NCBI GenBank assembly: GCA_038131935.1
Contig: JAYPQH010000033.1
Span: forward strand, 1 to 64,000
Direction: 5' to 3'
From: Alphaproteobacteria bacterium
GTDB lineage: Bacteria > Pseudomonadota > Alphaproteobacteria > UBA8317
DNA: 64,000 nt
The translations under genes and the position numbers were made by a program. The notes under the pieces are model-generated. The model had not been told where the DNA came from. It saw nothing but the letters and a program-made list of their open reading frames with translations, and did not search any database. Numbering within the stretch: position 1 is the stretch's first letter; each line of letters begins with the position of its first letter. Positions 23,980 through 35,475 of this stretch are shown one piece after another.

Positions 23980-24761
23980 AGTTGGTAAGCTGGAATATTA
24001 ATGGAATCCGACCTCGCTTAAGCCACTTACATGATTTGATCCAAGCTTTTGACCCCGATGTGATCGCGTTACAAGAAACCAAAGTACAGGATCAACAATT
24101 TCCGCAACAAGATATTAAAGAATGGGGCTATCATTTTCAAACTATTAGGGGTCAAAAGTCTTATAATGGTGTCGCTATCCTATCACGTTTGCCATGTGAA
24201 AATTCTTATCATTTAAACTTTCATGAAGAAGATGGGGCACGCCATGTCATGGCAAGACATGCAGGCATCAATATTCATAATTTCTATGTCCCAGCAGGTG
24301 GTGATATTCCTGACCCTGAGCAAAATCAAAAATTTGCCCATAAGCTTCGTTTTCTCGATTCCATGACTGCATATGCATCAGAGGGACATTTTTCAAAATG
24401 CAGTATCTTGGTAGGCGATCTCAATATAGCGCCATCTGTTTATGATGTGTGGTCGCATAAGCAACTTGAGAATGTGGTAAGTCATACAGATATCGAGAGA
24501 AACGCACTTTGCAATTTGCTGCAAACATCAACGATGCTTGATGTGGTAAGATATTGTTATCCAGAACCGGAGATGTTGTTTAGTTGGTGGTCGTATAGGT
24601 CTCCAGATTTTCGTAAAAACAATCGAGGACGACGGCTTGACCATATTTGGATAAGTCCTGATCTCAAAGATAACATTGTTTCTATTTCACTTATTGATAG
24701 TTTTCGTGAAAAAATTAAACCCTCAGACCATATCCCTATATTACTGGAACTGCGAGACTAG
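23976..24761 (+). CDS. xth: Exodeoxyribonuclease III
   Basis: SWNING, LQETK, YNGVAI, GDLNIA, WWSYR, RLDHIW and SDHIP. Confidence 0.95.
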   Translation: MKLVSWNINGIRPRLSHLHDLIQAFDPDVIALQETKVQDQQFPQQDIKEWGYHFQTIRGQKSYNGVAILSRLPCENSYHLNFHEEDGARHVMARHAGINIHNFYVPAGGDIPDPEQNQKFAHKLRFLDSMTAYASEGHFSKCSILVGDLNIAPSVYDVWSHKQLENVVSHTDIERNALCNLLQTSTMLDVVRYCYPEPEMLFSWWSYRSPDFRKNNRGRRLDHIWISPDLKDNIVSISLIDSFREKIKPSDHIPILLELRD

Positions 24762-24874
24762 TTTGGTTCTTGCCCCAGCGCTAATGAATAGGACCAATTA
24801 AAAGCCTTAATTGAGCAAATACGAATTTATCAGAAACACGCCGAACAACACTGTCCAAGCGGATGTCTAGATTA

Positions 24875-25087
24875 TCAAAGTTTTCGTGCCTCTTCAGGTA
24901 GCATAATCGGAATACCATCGCGTATAGGGTACGCAAGTTTTGCAGCATGGCATATAAGCTCTTCGGCTTCCTTATCTAAGACAAGAGAACCATGAGTGAC
25001 TGGGCACACAAGTATTTCCAACAACTTTGGGTCAATAATATTTTGCGCTGTATCAGGTTCTTGTTTTTGTTCGTTCTCAGTCATCAT
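24875..25087 (-). CDS. Trm112 family protein (YcaR-like)
   Basis: [13 protein letters not shown]...[13 protein letters not shown]. Confidence 0.9.
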   Translation of the reverse strand: MMTENEQKQEPDTAQNIIDPKLLEILVCPVTHGSLVLDKEAEELICHAAKLAYPIRDGIPIMLPEEARKL

Positions 25088-25118
25088 TATTCCAGACTTT
25101 ATCCTGCTATGGTGGTTA

Positions 25119-25775
25119 TCAGTTGATGGTTCCATCACCCATTTCGGTATTTACCGACATTTCTAGTATGGCCATAAGCACATTTGCGCGGGTCGGCAAA
25201 TCAATAGCTTGTAACAGAGCTTGTTTTTCCTCTGAACGAAATGGACATACAATGGACAACATATTGATGAAATCTTCATCATGGGCCGTGCGCAGCCCGC
25301 TCCAATCGGCTTCAATATTTTTAAGGACGAAATACCGCTCCAAGAGACTTGTAATGGTACTTCGATTTTCCAGTGGTGCAGATTTTTCACTGATAAAGTC
25401 ATGAGCATAGGTGTCAAACCGAGCATGGACTTGCCGATAGGAAGTTGTAGGGTTGAGTTCATCGACAATATCAAATCTCGATATACCAGTCAGTGTAATG
25501 AGGTAACGTTTATCTTCTGTTTCTGACCAACTTGTTATTCTGCCTAAACAACCAACTTCAAAAACAGACGGTTTATTATTGCTTTCGAATCCATCAGGTT
25601 GAACCATACCAATAAACCGATGACTAGATAAAGCATCATTAATCATGTCGATATACCGAGGTTCAAATATATTTAAAGGAAGCTTGCAACGCGGTAACAA
25701 TGTTGCACCACTAAGTGGAAATATAGGGATAGTGATGGGCAGATTTTTAGGTGATGTGAACTCCTGGGTAAACAT
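25119..25775 (-). CDS. Lon peptidase N-terminal substrate-binding domain protein
   Basis: [24 protein letters not shown] and EKQALL. Confidence 0.9.
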   Translation of the reverse strand: MFTQEFTSPKNLPITIPIFPLSGATLLPRCKLPLNIFEPRYIDMINDALSSHRFIGMVQPDGFESNNKPSVFEVGCLGRITSWSETEDKRYLITLTGISRFDIVDELNPTTSYRQVHARFDTYAHDFISEKSAPLENRSTITSLLERYFVLKNIEADWSGLRTAHDEDFINMLSIVCPFRSEEKQALLQAIDLPTRANVLMAILEMSVNTEMGDGTIN

Positions 25776-25805
25776 ATGCCTCTTAAGCCCCCTTTTGTCA
25801 GTGCT

Positions 25806-26714
25806 TCAGGAAAATAGGATAGCTGATAATTTAGAGCGCCCCTTTAACATGACAGGGTCTTTACTACCCAATGCGTCAAAAATTTCTACCAACCTTTTGC
25901 GGGCACCATCTTCTTTCCAAGTGCGGTCTTTCCGAACAATGGTAAGAAGATGGTCGATGGCATCCTCATTTCGACCAAGTCCAGAAAGTGCTGTTGCCAG
26001 ATCAAAACGGGCTTGGTGGTCATCTGGGTTTTCGGAAACAGATTGCTCAAGTGCTGAAAGTTGTCCACCCATAGCCTCAGCTTCCTTTGCCAATTTTAAA
26101 TGACCCGCTGCGGTTTGGAGTGCAGGATGTTGCGCGAGCTCATCCTCTATTGTGGTAAGAATACCCTCGGCCTGATCAAAGTCCTTAAGTTTTATCAGTG
26201 CGCGTACATAACCACCTAATGCCTCAGGTTGGTCATTGTCTGTGCTCAATATTTGTGAAAATAATTCTGCGGATTGAGATGGATTTTCCGTCAGCAAGGC
26301 TTCAGCTTCTTGCATAATGCTTTCGATATCCATTTCACCGGGTACAGTAACGCCTTTGGTTAATTTGTCGATAAAACCCTTGATTTGGCTATCTGGCAAT
26401 GCACCCATAAATCCATCAACAGGCTGACCATTATGAAAGGCGTAGACCGTAGGAATGGATTGAATACGTAATTGTTGAGCCAGCATTTGGTTTTCATCAA
26501 CATTAATTTTCACCATTCGAACCTTACCCCCTGCGGCTTGAACCGCTTTTTCTAAGGCTGGGCCTAGCTGTTTGCATGGTCCGCACCAGGGCGCCCAGAA
26601 GTCAACGATGACGGGAACGTTTTGGGAGGCCAGAATGACATCCTCTTGAAACCGCTCCTGGCTAGATTCAGTGATAAGCGGCTGCGGTGAAGTGTTATCT
26701 TTGCTGTCAAACAT
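25806..26714 (-). CDS. cnoX: Thioredoxin-TPR chaperedoxin (YbbN/CnoX)
   Basis: DFWAPWCGPCK followed by a TPR-like C-terminus ending LSAILFS; GAGGGG RBS before ATG 26714. Confidence 0.9.
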   Translation of the reverse strand: MFDSKDNTSPQPLITESSQERFQEDVILASQNVPVIVDFWAPWCGPCKQLGPALEKAVQAAGGKVRMVKINVDENQMLAQQLRIQSIPTVYAFHNGQPVDGFMGALPDSQIKGFIDKLTKGVTVPGEMDIESIMQEAEALLTENPSQSAELFSQILSTDNDQPEALGGYVRALIKLKDFDQAEGILTTIEDELAQHPALQTAAGHLKLAKEAEAMGGQLSALEQSVSENPDDHQARFDLATALSGLGRNEDAIDHLLTIVRKDRTWKEDGARKRLVEIFDALGSKDPVMLKGRSKLSAILFS

Positions 26715-26847
26715 GTCTGTGCCCCTCGTTGTAATGGCAAATTCTGAAAGAAGTGAGTCAGTATTACTTATATGTGTATCTCTTTCATCAAACGCCAGGG
26801 CTTGCCAAGGTCTTGCTTTTGCGTCATATGACAATCCACGCTAATGA

Positions 26848-26922
26848 GCGGGCGTAGCTCAGGGGTAGAGCATCACCTTGCCAAGGTGAGGGTCGTGAGT
26901 TCGAATCTCATCGCCCGCTCCA
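26848..26922 (+). tRNA. tRNA-Gly(GCC)
   Basis: GCGGGCG/CGCCCGC acceptor stem, anticodon arm TCACC-TTGCCAA-GGTGA, TTCGAAT T-loop and encoded CCA; 75 nt. Confidence 0.97.
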
Positions 26923-27192
26923 GTTAATTCTCAGACAATGTAAATTCAGACAGTTTATATATTGCCTGTTATAGAGCGTCTGACCAACGCGTGTCGTACC
27001 AGGCATGGTCTGCTTTGTGTATTTCATTTGTTTCACGGCTGCTCTTATGGGCGAACTTTTTTACATAGAACTTGCGGATTATGGCTGCATCAGGTTTTGT
27101 GTAGAGGCATGGATTGTGGACTTTACATTAAAAGACCATCCATGTGGTCGCTGCATGAAACACAAACCATTCAAAATATGTGAGGTTGACAG

Positions 27193-28041
27193 GTGCCAGA
27201 GCTACCGGAGGTAGAAACAGTTCGTCGTGGACTACAATCCTATATTCTTGGCTGCAGACTGACAGCAGTTAAAATGAATAGGCGTGATCTTCGCTTTACA
27301 ATCAATCCAGATCTTCGTCATTTAGGCCAAAAAAATGCACTGGTCACAGATGTTCAAAGAAGGGGCAAATATCTCATCATTTATCTTGAGAACCAGCCCA
27401 CCATTCTTATTCATTTGGGCATGTCTGGTCGTTTAATTATTGGTGAAACCGACATAACGGACGGTCGTCTGTATCATGAACAACGTCTTTATCAACAACA
27501 TGATCATATCATATTTCAATTTGATCGAGGTCAGGTCATTTTTAATGACCCAAGACGGTTTGGTCATGTCGATATGTTGCACAAGGATGGCACGCACAGA
27601 TTGTTAGATAAGCTCGGTCCAGATCCTATTATTGATACCATTGGTTCTGGACAGGTACGCATGATGTTTGGTTCTGGTCGTAGTGCTATAAAGCAGCGGC
27701 TTTTGGATCAAACTGTGCTTGCGGGTGTTGGAAATATCTATGCGTGTGAATCTTTGTTTCAAGCAGGCATTCACCCGTTACGTCAGGTTGGACGTTTGTC
27801 TGACCAACGTTTGATAAAGCTCATGGATGCAGTTAGAAACGTGTTGGCACGTGCTATTGAAGCTGGTGGCTCGTCACTGCGAGACTACAGAACGCTCTCG
27901 GGTGCGCCCGGTTACTTCCAACATCAGTTCAAGGTGTATGACCAAAAGGGTAGGTTTTGCACTGTTTGTCATGATGGCATTATCCGCCGCATCGTTCAAA
28001 ATGGTCGTTCAACTTTCTATTGTCCTAAATGTCAGCGATGA
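27193..28041 (+). CDS. mutM: Formamidopyrimidine-DNA glycosylase
   Basis: MPELPEVE, RRGKY, HLGMSG, GVGNIY and a C-terminal zinc finger RSTFYCPKCQ. Confidence 0.97.
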   Translation: MPELPEVETVRRGLQSYILGCRLTAVKMNRRDLRFTINPDLRHLGQKNALVTDVQRRGKYLIIYLENQPTILIHLGMSGRLIIGETDITDGRLYHEQRLYQQHDHIIFQFDRGQVIFNDPRRFGHVDMLHKDGTHRLLDKLGPDPIIDTIGSGQVRMMFGSGRSAIKQRLLDQTVLAGVGNIYACESLFQAGIHPLRQVGRLSDQRLIKLMDAVRNVLARAIEAGGSSLRDYRTLSGAPGYFQHQFKVYDQKGRFCTVCHDGIIRRIVQNGRSTFYCPKCQR

Positions 28042-28215
28042 TTCCTTCATCTTATCGGTTCACCCGTCATTGACCAAGCTGCAGAAAACCGGTATTGACC
28101 CACCTTTATCGAAACGCCCTTTAGGTCGTTATGGTTTTAAATGATATCTTCGCAAAATGTTGCTTTGAAAAAAATGGCACTGAATGCGGGGTATCGTTGG
28201 TTTGGAGATTAAAAT

Positions 28216-28482
28216 ATGGCTAATAGCCCACAGGCGCGAAAAAGAATCCGTCAAACGGCGCGTAGAACAGAGGTCAACACAGCTCGAAGAAGCCGTATCC
28301 GTACATATGTAAAGAAAGTGGAGATGGCGATCCAAGCTGGGCAAGTAGCCGAGGCAAAGGAAGCTTTCGTCGCTGCACAGCCAGAAATCATGAGAGGTGT
28401 TACAAAAGGTCTCATTCATCGGAATACTGCTAGTAGAAAAGTTTCTCGACTTAATAGTCGCATCAAGGCGATGAGTCTGTAG
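28216..28482 (+). CDS. rpsT: 30S ribosomal protein S20
   Basis: [13 protein letters not shown]...[12 protein letters not shown]; GGAG RBS. Confidence 0.97.
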   Translation: MANSPQARKRIRQTARRTEVNTARRSRIRTYVKKVEMAIQAGQVAEAKEAFVAAQPEIMRGVTKGLIHRNTASRKVSRLNSRIKAMSL

Positions 28483-28510
28483 CCTATATTGAACATACAA
28501 AATTTTATTT

Positions 28511-28547
28511 AAAGGGACTTATAAGTTATAAGTCCCTTTTTCTTTTT
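28511..28547 (+). terminator. Rho-independent terminator after rpsT
   Basis: AAAGGGACTTATAA-G-TTATAAGTCCCTTT perfect 14-bp inverted repeat followed by a T-rich tract. Confidence 0.8.
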
Positions 28548-28746
28548 GTTTTTCAATTTTCTAATCAATGTCAACGGTGAAAAGAGCAAGAAAATTTCTA
28601 GGTTTGACGTTGCATAATACGGCTTTGAAGGTTAACCATGCACGGATGTTGGCGAAAATAAAAAACGTTTGAGGACCCTAACACAAGGTTGATTACGTTG
28701 GTTTTTAGTGTAGCCTTGTAAGATGTTTTTTGGCTTAGGAAGTGAC

Positions 28747-30129
28747 ATGGCTGGCTTGAACGCTCATGATGAAGTATGGACATTTGTGCAAGAACGTATG
28801 CGTCGCCAATTTGGTGATGCCACTTATGCATCATGGGTGCAGCCGTTAAAACTTACTGAAGTGCGTGAAGGTGCTGCTGTGCTCATCGCACCAACGGCTT
28901 TCATGCGTGATCGGATAAAAGATAGGTTCAAGCAGGCGCTTGAGGAAGCTTTCCAAACTATTCAACCCGCTATTGTGAAGGTCGAGATTGGGCATAAGGA
29001 AGCTGTAGAAAACGAGTCTTCTAAGCAGCAGGATAAGCAGCCAGCGAGGACTCCTGCTAAGCCATCTCCATCATACGAAATGATAGAGACAGAAACGGCT
29101 GTATTTGATCGGCGTTTTACATTTGAAAATTTTGTCACGGGTAAATCCAACCAGCTTGCGTTTGCTGCAGCAAGGCGTGTTGCTGCGGAAGTTGAGGTGC
29201 AATTTAACCCTCTATTTTTGTATGGTGGTGTGGGACTTGGCAAAACCCATCTCATGCACGCTATTGCATGGGAAATAAAACAGAAAACACCTGAACGTAG
29301 TGTGATGTATTGTTCAGCTGAACAGTTTATGTACAAATTTATATCTGCATTGCGCCATCGTAGCACCATAGATTTTAAAAATCTTTTCCGATCTGTAGAT
29401 GTGCTCATGATTGACGACGTACAATTCATAAGTGGAAAAGATTCAACGCAAGAAGAATTTTTTCATACCTTTAACGAATTAATAGACAATTCAAAGCAAA
29501 TCATTATTTCTGCTGACCGCTCTCCGACTGATTTAGAGGGCATGGAAGAACGTATCAAATCTCGTCTTGGTTGGGGATTGGTCGCTGACATACATCCTAC
29601 TGACTACGAATTGAGACTCGGTATTCTGCAAACAAAAGCTGAAATGGTTCATCACCAACATGGATTTCAGATTTCTGAACGCGTTTTAGAATTTTTGGCC
29701 CATCGTATCACATCAAATGTGCGGGAGCTTGAAGGTGCTCTTACACGTTTATGTGCTTTTTCTACCTTGGTTCATCGTCCCATTGATATGGACATGGCCG
29801 AAGATGTTCTACGTGACCTCCTGCGCGCAAGTAGCAGACGCACAACTGTGGATGAAATTCAACGCAAAGTTGCCGAGCATTTCAATTTGAAGATGTCTGA
29901 TATGCATTCTGCTCGCCGTACGGCATCAATTGCTCGGCCAAGACAAATCGCAATGTATCTGTGTAAAATTCTCACCCAACGATCACTGCCTGACATAGGT
30001 AAAAAATTTGGTGGGCGCGATCACACGACCGTTATTCACGCGGTCCGTCGTGTTGAACAACTTATGAACGAAGATCATAATATTCGCGAGGATGTGCAAT
30101 TGTTGCGTCGTGCTCTGGAGTCGTCCTGA
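28747..30129 (+). CDS. dnaA: Chromosomal replication initiator DnaA
   Basis: FTFENFV, NPLFLYGGVGLGKTHL, IDDVQF, NVRELEGAL, RPRQIAMYL and GGRDHTTV. Confidence 0.98.
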   Translation: MAGLNAHDEVWTFVQERMRRQFGDATYASWVQPLKLTEVREGAAVLIAPTAFMRDRIKDRFKQALEEAFQTIQPAIVKVEIGHKEAVENESSKQQDKQPARTPAKPSPSYEMIETETAVFDRRFTFENFVTGKSNQLAFAAARRVAAEVEVQFNPLFLYGGVGLGKTHLMHAIAWEIKQKTPERSVMYCSAEQFMYKFISALRHRSTIDFKNLFRSVDVLMIDDVQFISGKDSTQEEFFHTFNELIDNSKQIIISADRSPTDLEGMEERIKSRLGWGLVADIHPTDYELRLGILQTKAEMVHHQHGFQISERVLEFLAHRITSNVRELEGALTRLCAFSTLVHRPIDMDMAEDVLRDLLRASSRRTTVDEIQRKVAEHFNLKMSDMHSARRTASIARPRQIAMYLCKILTQRSLPDIGKKFGGRDHTTVIHAVRRVEQLMNEDHNIREDVQLLRRALESS

Positions 30130-30201
30130 AGGGCTTTGATTACGTCGCGTTCAATGCTATGAATAAAGGCCTTGTTCACAACAGACATTGGAACGGCCAC
30201 C

Positions 30202-31323
30202 ATGAAGCTATCCATTGACAGACACCATCTTCTTAAAGCCTTAGGGCATGTCCAGAGTATTGTAGAAAGACGCACAACCATACCTGTTCTTGCCAACGTT
30301 CTCATGGAAGCAAGAGATGGGTTTTTGACATTCTCAGCAACAGATCTTGACATTGAAATTCAAGAGCGGGTTGTCGCGAAGGTTATACAACCTGGTGCGA
30401 CCACTGCTCCAGCGCATTTACTATTTGATATTGTGCGTAAACTTTCTGATGGTGTTGATGTGGAGCTTGATCATGATGCTGGTGCGGAGCGCTTGCATAT
30501 TCGTTCAGGCCGTTCACGCTTTTCACTGGCATGTTTGGCTCGGGATGAATTTCCTAGCCTTTCAGATGGCGCGTTTCCTTGCCAGTTCCGCCTAGAAACG
30601 GCAGTTATGAAGAAAATGATTGATAAGACAAGGTTTGCCATTTCAACGGAAGAAACAAGATATTACCTAAACGGTATCTATCTACATATTCGTGAGGTTG
30701 ATGGATTATCATATTTGAGTGCTGTGGCAACGGATGGACACCGTCTTGCTCTTGCCAGTGATGAAGCACCTCAAGGGTCCTCTTCCATGACAGGGTCTAT
30801 TTTGCCCCGTAAGGCCGTAGGCGAATTGAGAAAACTTCTTGAAGATACAGAACAAGACTTTATGGACGTTTCTGTATCTGAGAGCCGTATCAGATTCGTT
30901 TTTGATGATGTGAAACTCTCAACAAAACTCATAGATGGAACATTTCCTGATTATGAGCGTGTAATCCCGGGTGACAATGATCGTGTGCTTACTATTGATC
31001 CTGTGCATTTCTCCAAGGCTGTGGATCGTGTTGCGACGGTGTCTTTCGAAAAAACCCGCGCTGTAAAATTATCTTTAGGATCAAAGCGTTTGGAGTTGTC
31101 TGTCACAAGTCCTGATTCAGGCTCCGCTGTGGAAGAGCTAGAAGTCGATTATGATGCTGGTGATTTGGAAATTGGGTTTAATGCACGCTATCTACTCGAT
31201 ATAAACGCACAACTTGACAAACAAGAGGCACGATTTGAGTTCAAAGATTCTGCATCGCCCACGGTCATACGCTCAGGTGATGATGATGGTCTTCTTTTTG
31301 TCTTGATGCCAATGCGGGTTTGA
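30202..31323 (+). CDS. dnaN: DNA polymerase III beta clamp
   Basis: ATDLD, STEETRYYLNG, ATDGHRL, KLIDGTFPDY and GFNARYL; ends LMPMRV. Confidence 0.98.
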   Translation: MKLSIDRHHLLKALGHVQSIVERRTTIPVLANVLMEARDGFLTFSATDLDIEIQERVVAKVIQPGATTAPAHLLFDIVRKLSDGVDVELDHDAGAERLHIRSGRSRFSLACLARDEFPSLSDGAFPCQFRLETAVMKKMIDKTRFAISTEETRYYLNGIYLHIREVDGLSYLSAVATDGHRLALASDEAPQGSSSMTGSILPRKAVGELRKLLEDTEQDFMDVSVSESRIRFVFDDVKLSTKLIDGTFPDYERVIPGDNDRVLTIDPVHFSKAVDRVATVSFEKTRAVKLSLGSKRLELSVTSPDSGSAVEELEVDYDAGDLEIGFNARYLLDINAQLDKQEARFEFKDSASPTVIRSGDDDGLLFVLMPMRV

Positions 31324-31336
31324 GGAAACCCTGCGA

Positions 31337-32440
31337 TTGGCACTTCAAAAACTGACGTTACGAAATTTTAGGAACCATGCATACACAGAGTTGTTGCTTG
31401 CTGGTCGGAACCTTGTTTTGTTCGGTGCTAATGGATCAGGAAAAACAAACGTCTTAGATGCAGTATCTCTTCTATCCCCAGGACGAGGAATGCGACGCTC
31501 ACCTTATGTTGATATGCTCAGAAAGGGTCATGAACATGAAGGCTGGGGTGTGGAAGCATGCTTCACGGGGCATGTGGATGAAGGCATAACAATGGTTACC
31601 GGCGTAAGAGCGGACCAACCGTCAAAGCGATTGGCAAGATTGAATGGTTCAGATGTTGCGTTAAATACATTTGCCGAAGTTTGCGGGCTAACATGGCTAA
31701 CACCTCGCCATGACCGGTTGTTTTTGGAGTCAGCTGCTGAGCGAAGGCGCTTTCTAGATCGTCTTGTTCTGTCTGTTTTTCCTCAGCATGGTCGACTTAC
31801 TAATCTCTTCGAACGACATATGCGCGAGCGTGTCAAAATATTAGAAATGGGGGACGATGAAATTTGGCTGACAGCGGTGGAAGAAAAACTTGCGGATGCT
31901 GCATGGCAATTGAGCCAAAATAGACAGTCTTGGGTGTACCAAATTGCTAGAGAGTTGATCGAACCAGAATATGGATTTCCAGGTTGTGACGTTGCATTGA
32001 TACAGCCTTTTGGTCCCCTCATCACCCAAATCGATAGTAAGTCTCACTATATTGAGTTGCTTAAACAAAGAAGAAATGCTGATAAAGCTGCTGGCAGGCT
32101 ATTGATTGGGCCACATCGTGCAGACTTGGCGGGTTGGTATCGTGAAAAGCTAATGCCAGCAGCACAATGTTCAACAGGCGAGCAAAAAGCCCTACTTGTG
32201 AGTATCTTAATTGCTCATATCAAACTTTTAAGGTCCCGTGATGAATATTTGCCAATTCTGGTTTTGCTAGATGAAATTGGTGCACATTTTGATCCATCTC
32301 GCAGAAAAGCTTTGGCATCAGTACTTCTTAAACTCCGGGCACAGGCTTTTCTCACGGGAACAGAAGAGCATCTGTTTTCTGATTTTGGCAGTGATACGTT
32401 ATTTGTGCGTTTGGAGGATGGTAAGGCATATGAATGCTAG
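31337..32440 (+). CDS. recF: DNA replication/repair protein RecF
   Basis: NFRN, GANGSGKTN, ERRRFLDR, GPHRADL, STGEQK and LLDE; between dnaN and gyrB. Confidence 0.95.
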   Translation: MALQKLTLRNFRNHAYTELLLAGRNLVLFGANGSGKTNVLDAVSLLSPGRGMRRSPYVDMLRKGHEHEGWGVEACFTGHVDEGITMVTGVRADQPSKRLARLNGSDVALNTFAEVCGLTWLTPRHDRLFLESAAERRRFLDRLVLSVFPQHGRLTNLFERHMRERVKILEMGDDEIWLTAVEEKLADAAWQLSQNRQSWVYQIARELIEPEYGFPGCDVALIQPFGPLITQIDSKSHYIELLKQRRNADKAAGRLLIGPHRADLAGWYREKLMPAAQCSTGEQKALLVSILIAHIKLLRSRDEYLPILVLLDEIGAHFDPSRRKALASVLLKLRAQAFLTGTEEHLFSDFGSDTLFVRLEDGKAYEC

Positions 32441-32512
32441 CCTTCTAGACCTCAGCGTGAGGTCTGATATGATGTTAAAAGAAATGCACCTAGGTGATTT
32501 GGATAGGAATGA

Positions 32513-34912
<2,400 letters not shown>

Positions 34913-34989
34913 TTTCTTGACTATGTGTTTGTTGCTGGCAACATCATTGTTAACCAACAACGCATTGAGAAATCAAAGGAAGGTGAACA

Positions 34990-35475
34990 ATGAAGTTCTG
35001 GAGTGATGATATTAAACCTAATGAAGTGATGAGCATGGATCATGTTCTGTCAGCGGATTATGGCTTTGGTTGCGAGGGAGGTAACATCTCCCCATCATTA
35101 TCTTGGTCAGATCTTCCCGCAGATGCCACCCATGTGACGGTGCTCTGTTTTGATCCTGATGCACCGACAGGAAGTGGTTTTTGGCATTGGTTGGTCGCAA
35201 ATATACCTGTTCAACATCATGGTCTTGAACGGCATGCTTCGGGTGAAGGTAAAATTCCTGAAGGTGCCATGGAAACACGAACAGACTTTGGAAAACCAGG
35301 ATGGGGAGGTCCTTGTCCGCCCGAAGGTGACAAACCTCATGCTTATGTTTTTACATTGCATGCTCATAAAGGCACTATCCAGGTTTATGAAGATATACCC
35401 GCTGCACAAGTTGGGTTTCAGCTACATTTTGCTAGCATAGCAGAAACAAGCTTCACAGGTTTTTTTGGTCGTTAA
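34990..35475 (+). CDS. YbhB/YbcL Raf-kinase-inhibitor-like (PEBP) protein
   Basis: GGNISP.LSW, DPDAPTGSGFWHW and GPCPP. Confidence 0.92.
   Translation: MKFWSDDIKPNEVMSMDHVLSADYGFGCEGGNISPSLSWSDLPADATHVTVLCFDPDAPTGSGFWHWLVANIPVQHHGLERHASGEGKIPEGAMETRTDFGKPGWGGPCPPEGDKPHAYVFTLHAHKGTIQVYEDIPAAQVGFQLHFASIAETSFTGFFGR

Noticed and set aside
24794-24812. CAATTAA-AAGCC-TTAATTG between the convergent xth and Trm112 genes as a CtrA site or terminator
   Set aside because: The spacing is N5 rather than TTAA-N7-TTAA, it is not in a promoter position, and the stem is AT-rich with no U-tract.
26923-27192. tRNA-Gly as an integration site; small ORFs 26962-27183 and 27005-27214
   Set aside because: No integrase and no duplicated tRNA 3' end seen; core gene mutM follows directly; the ORFs lack an RBS or recognisable features.
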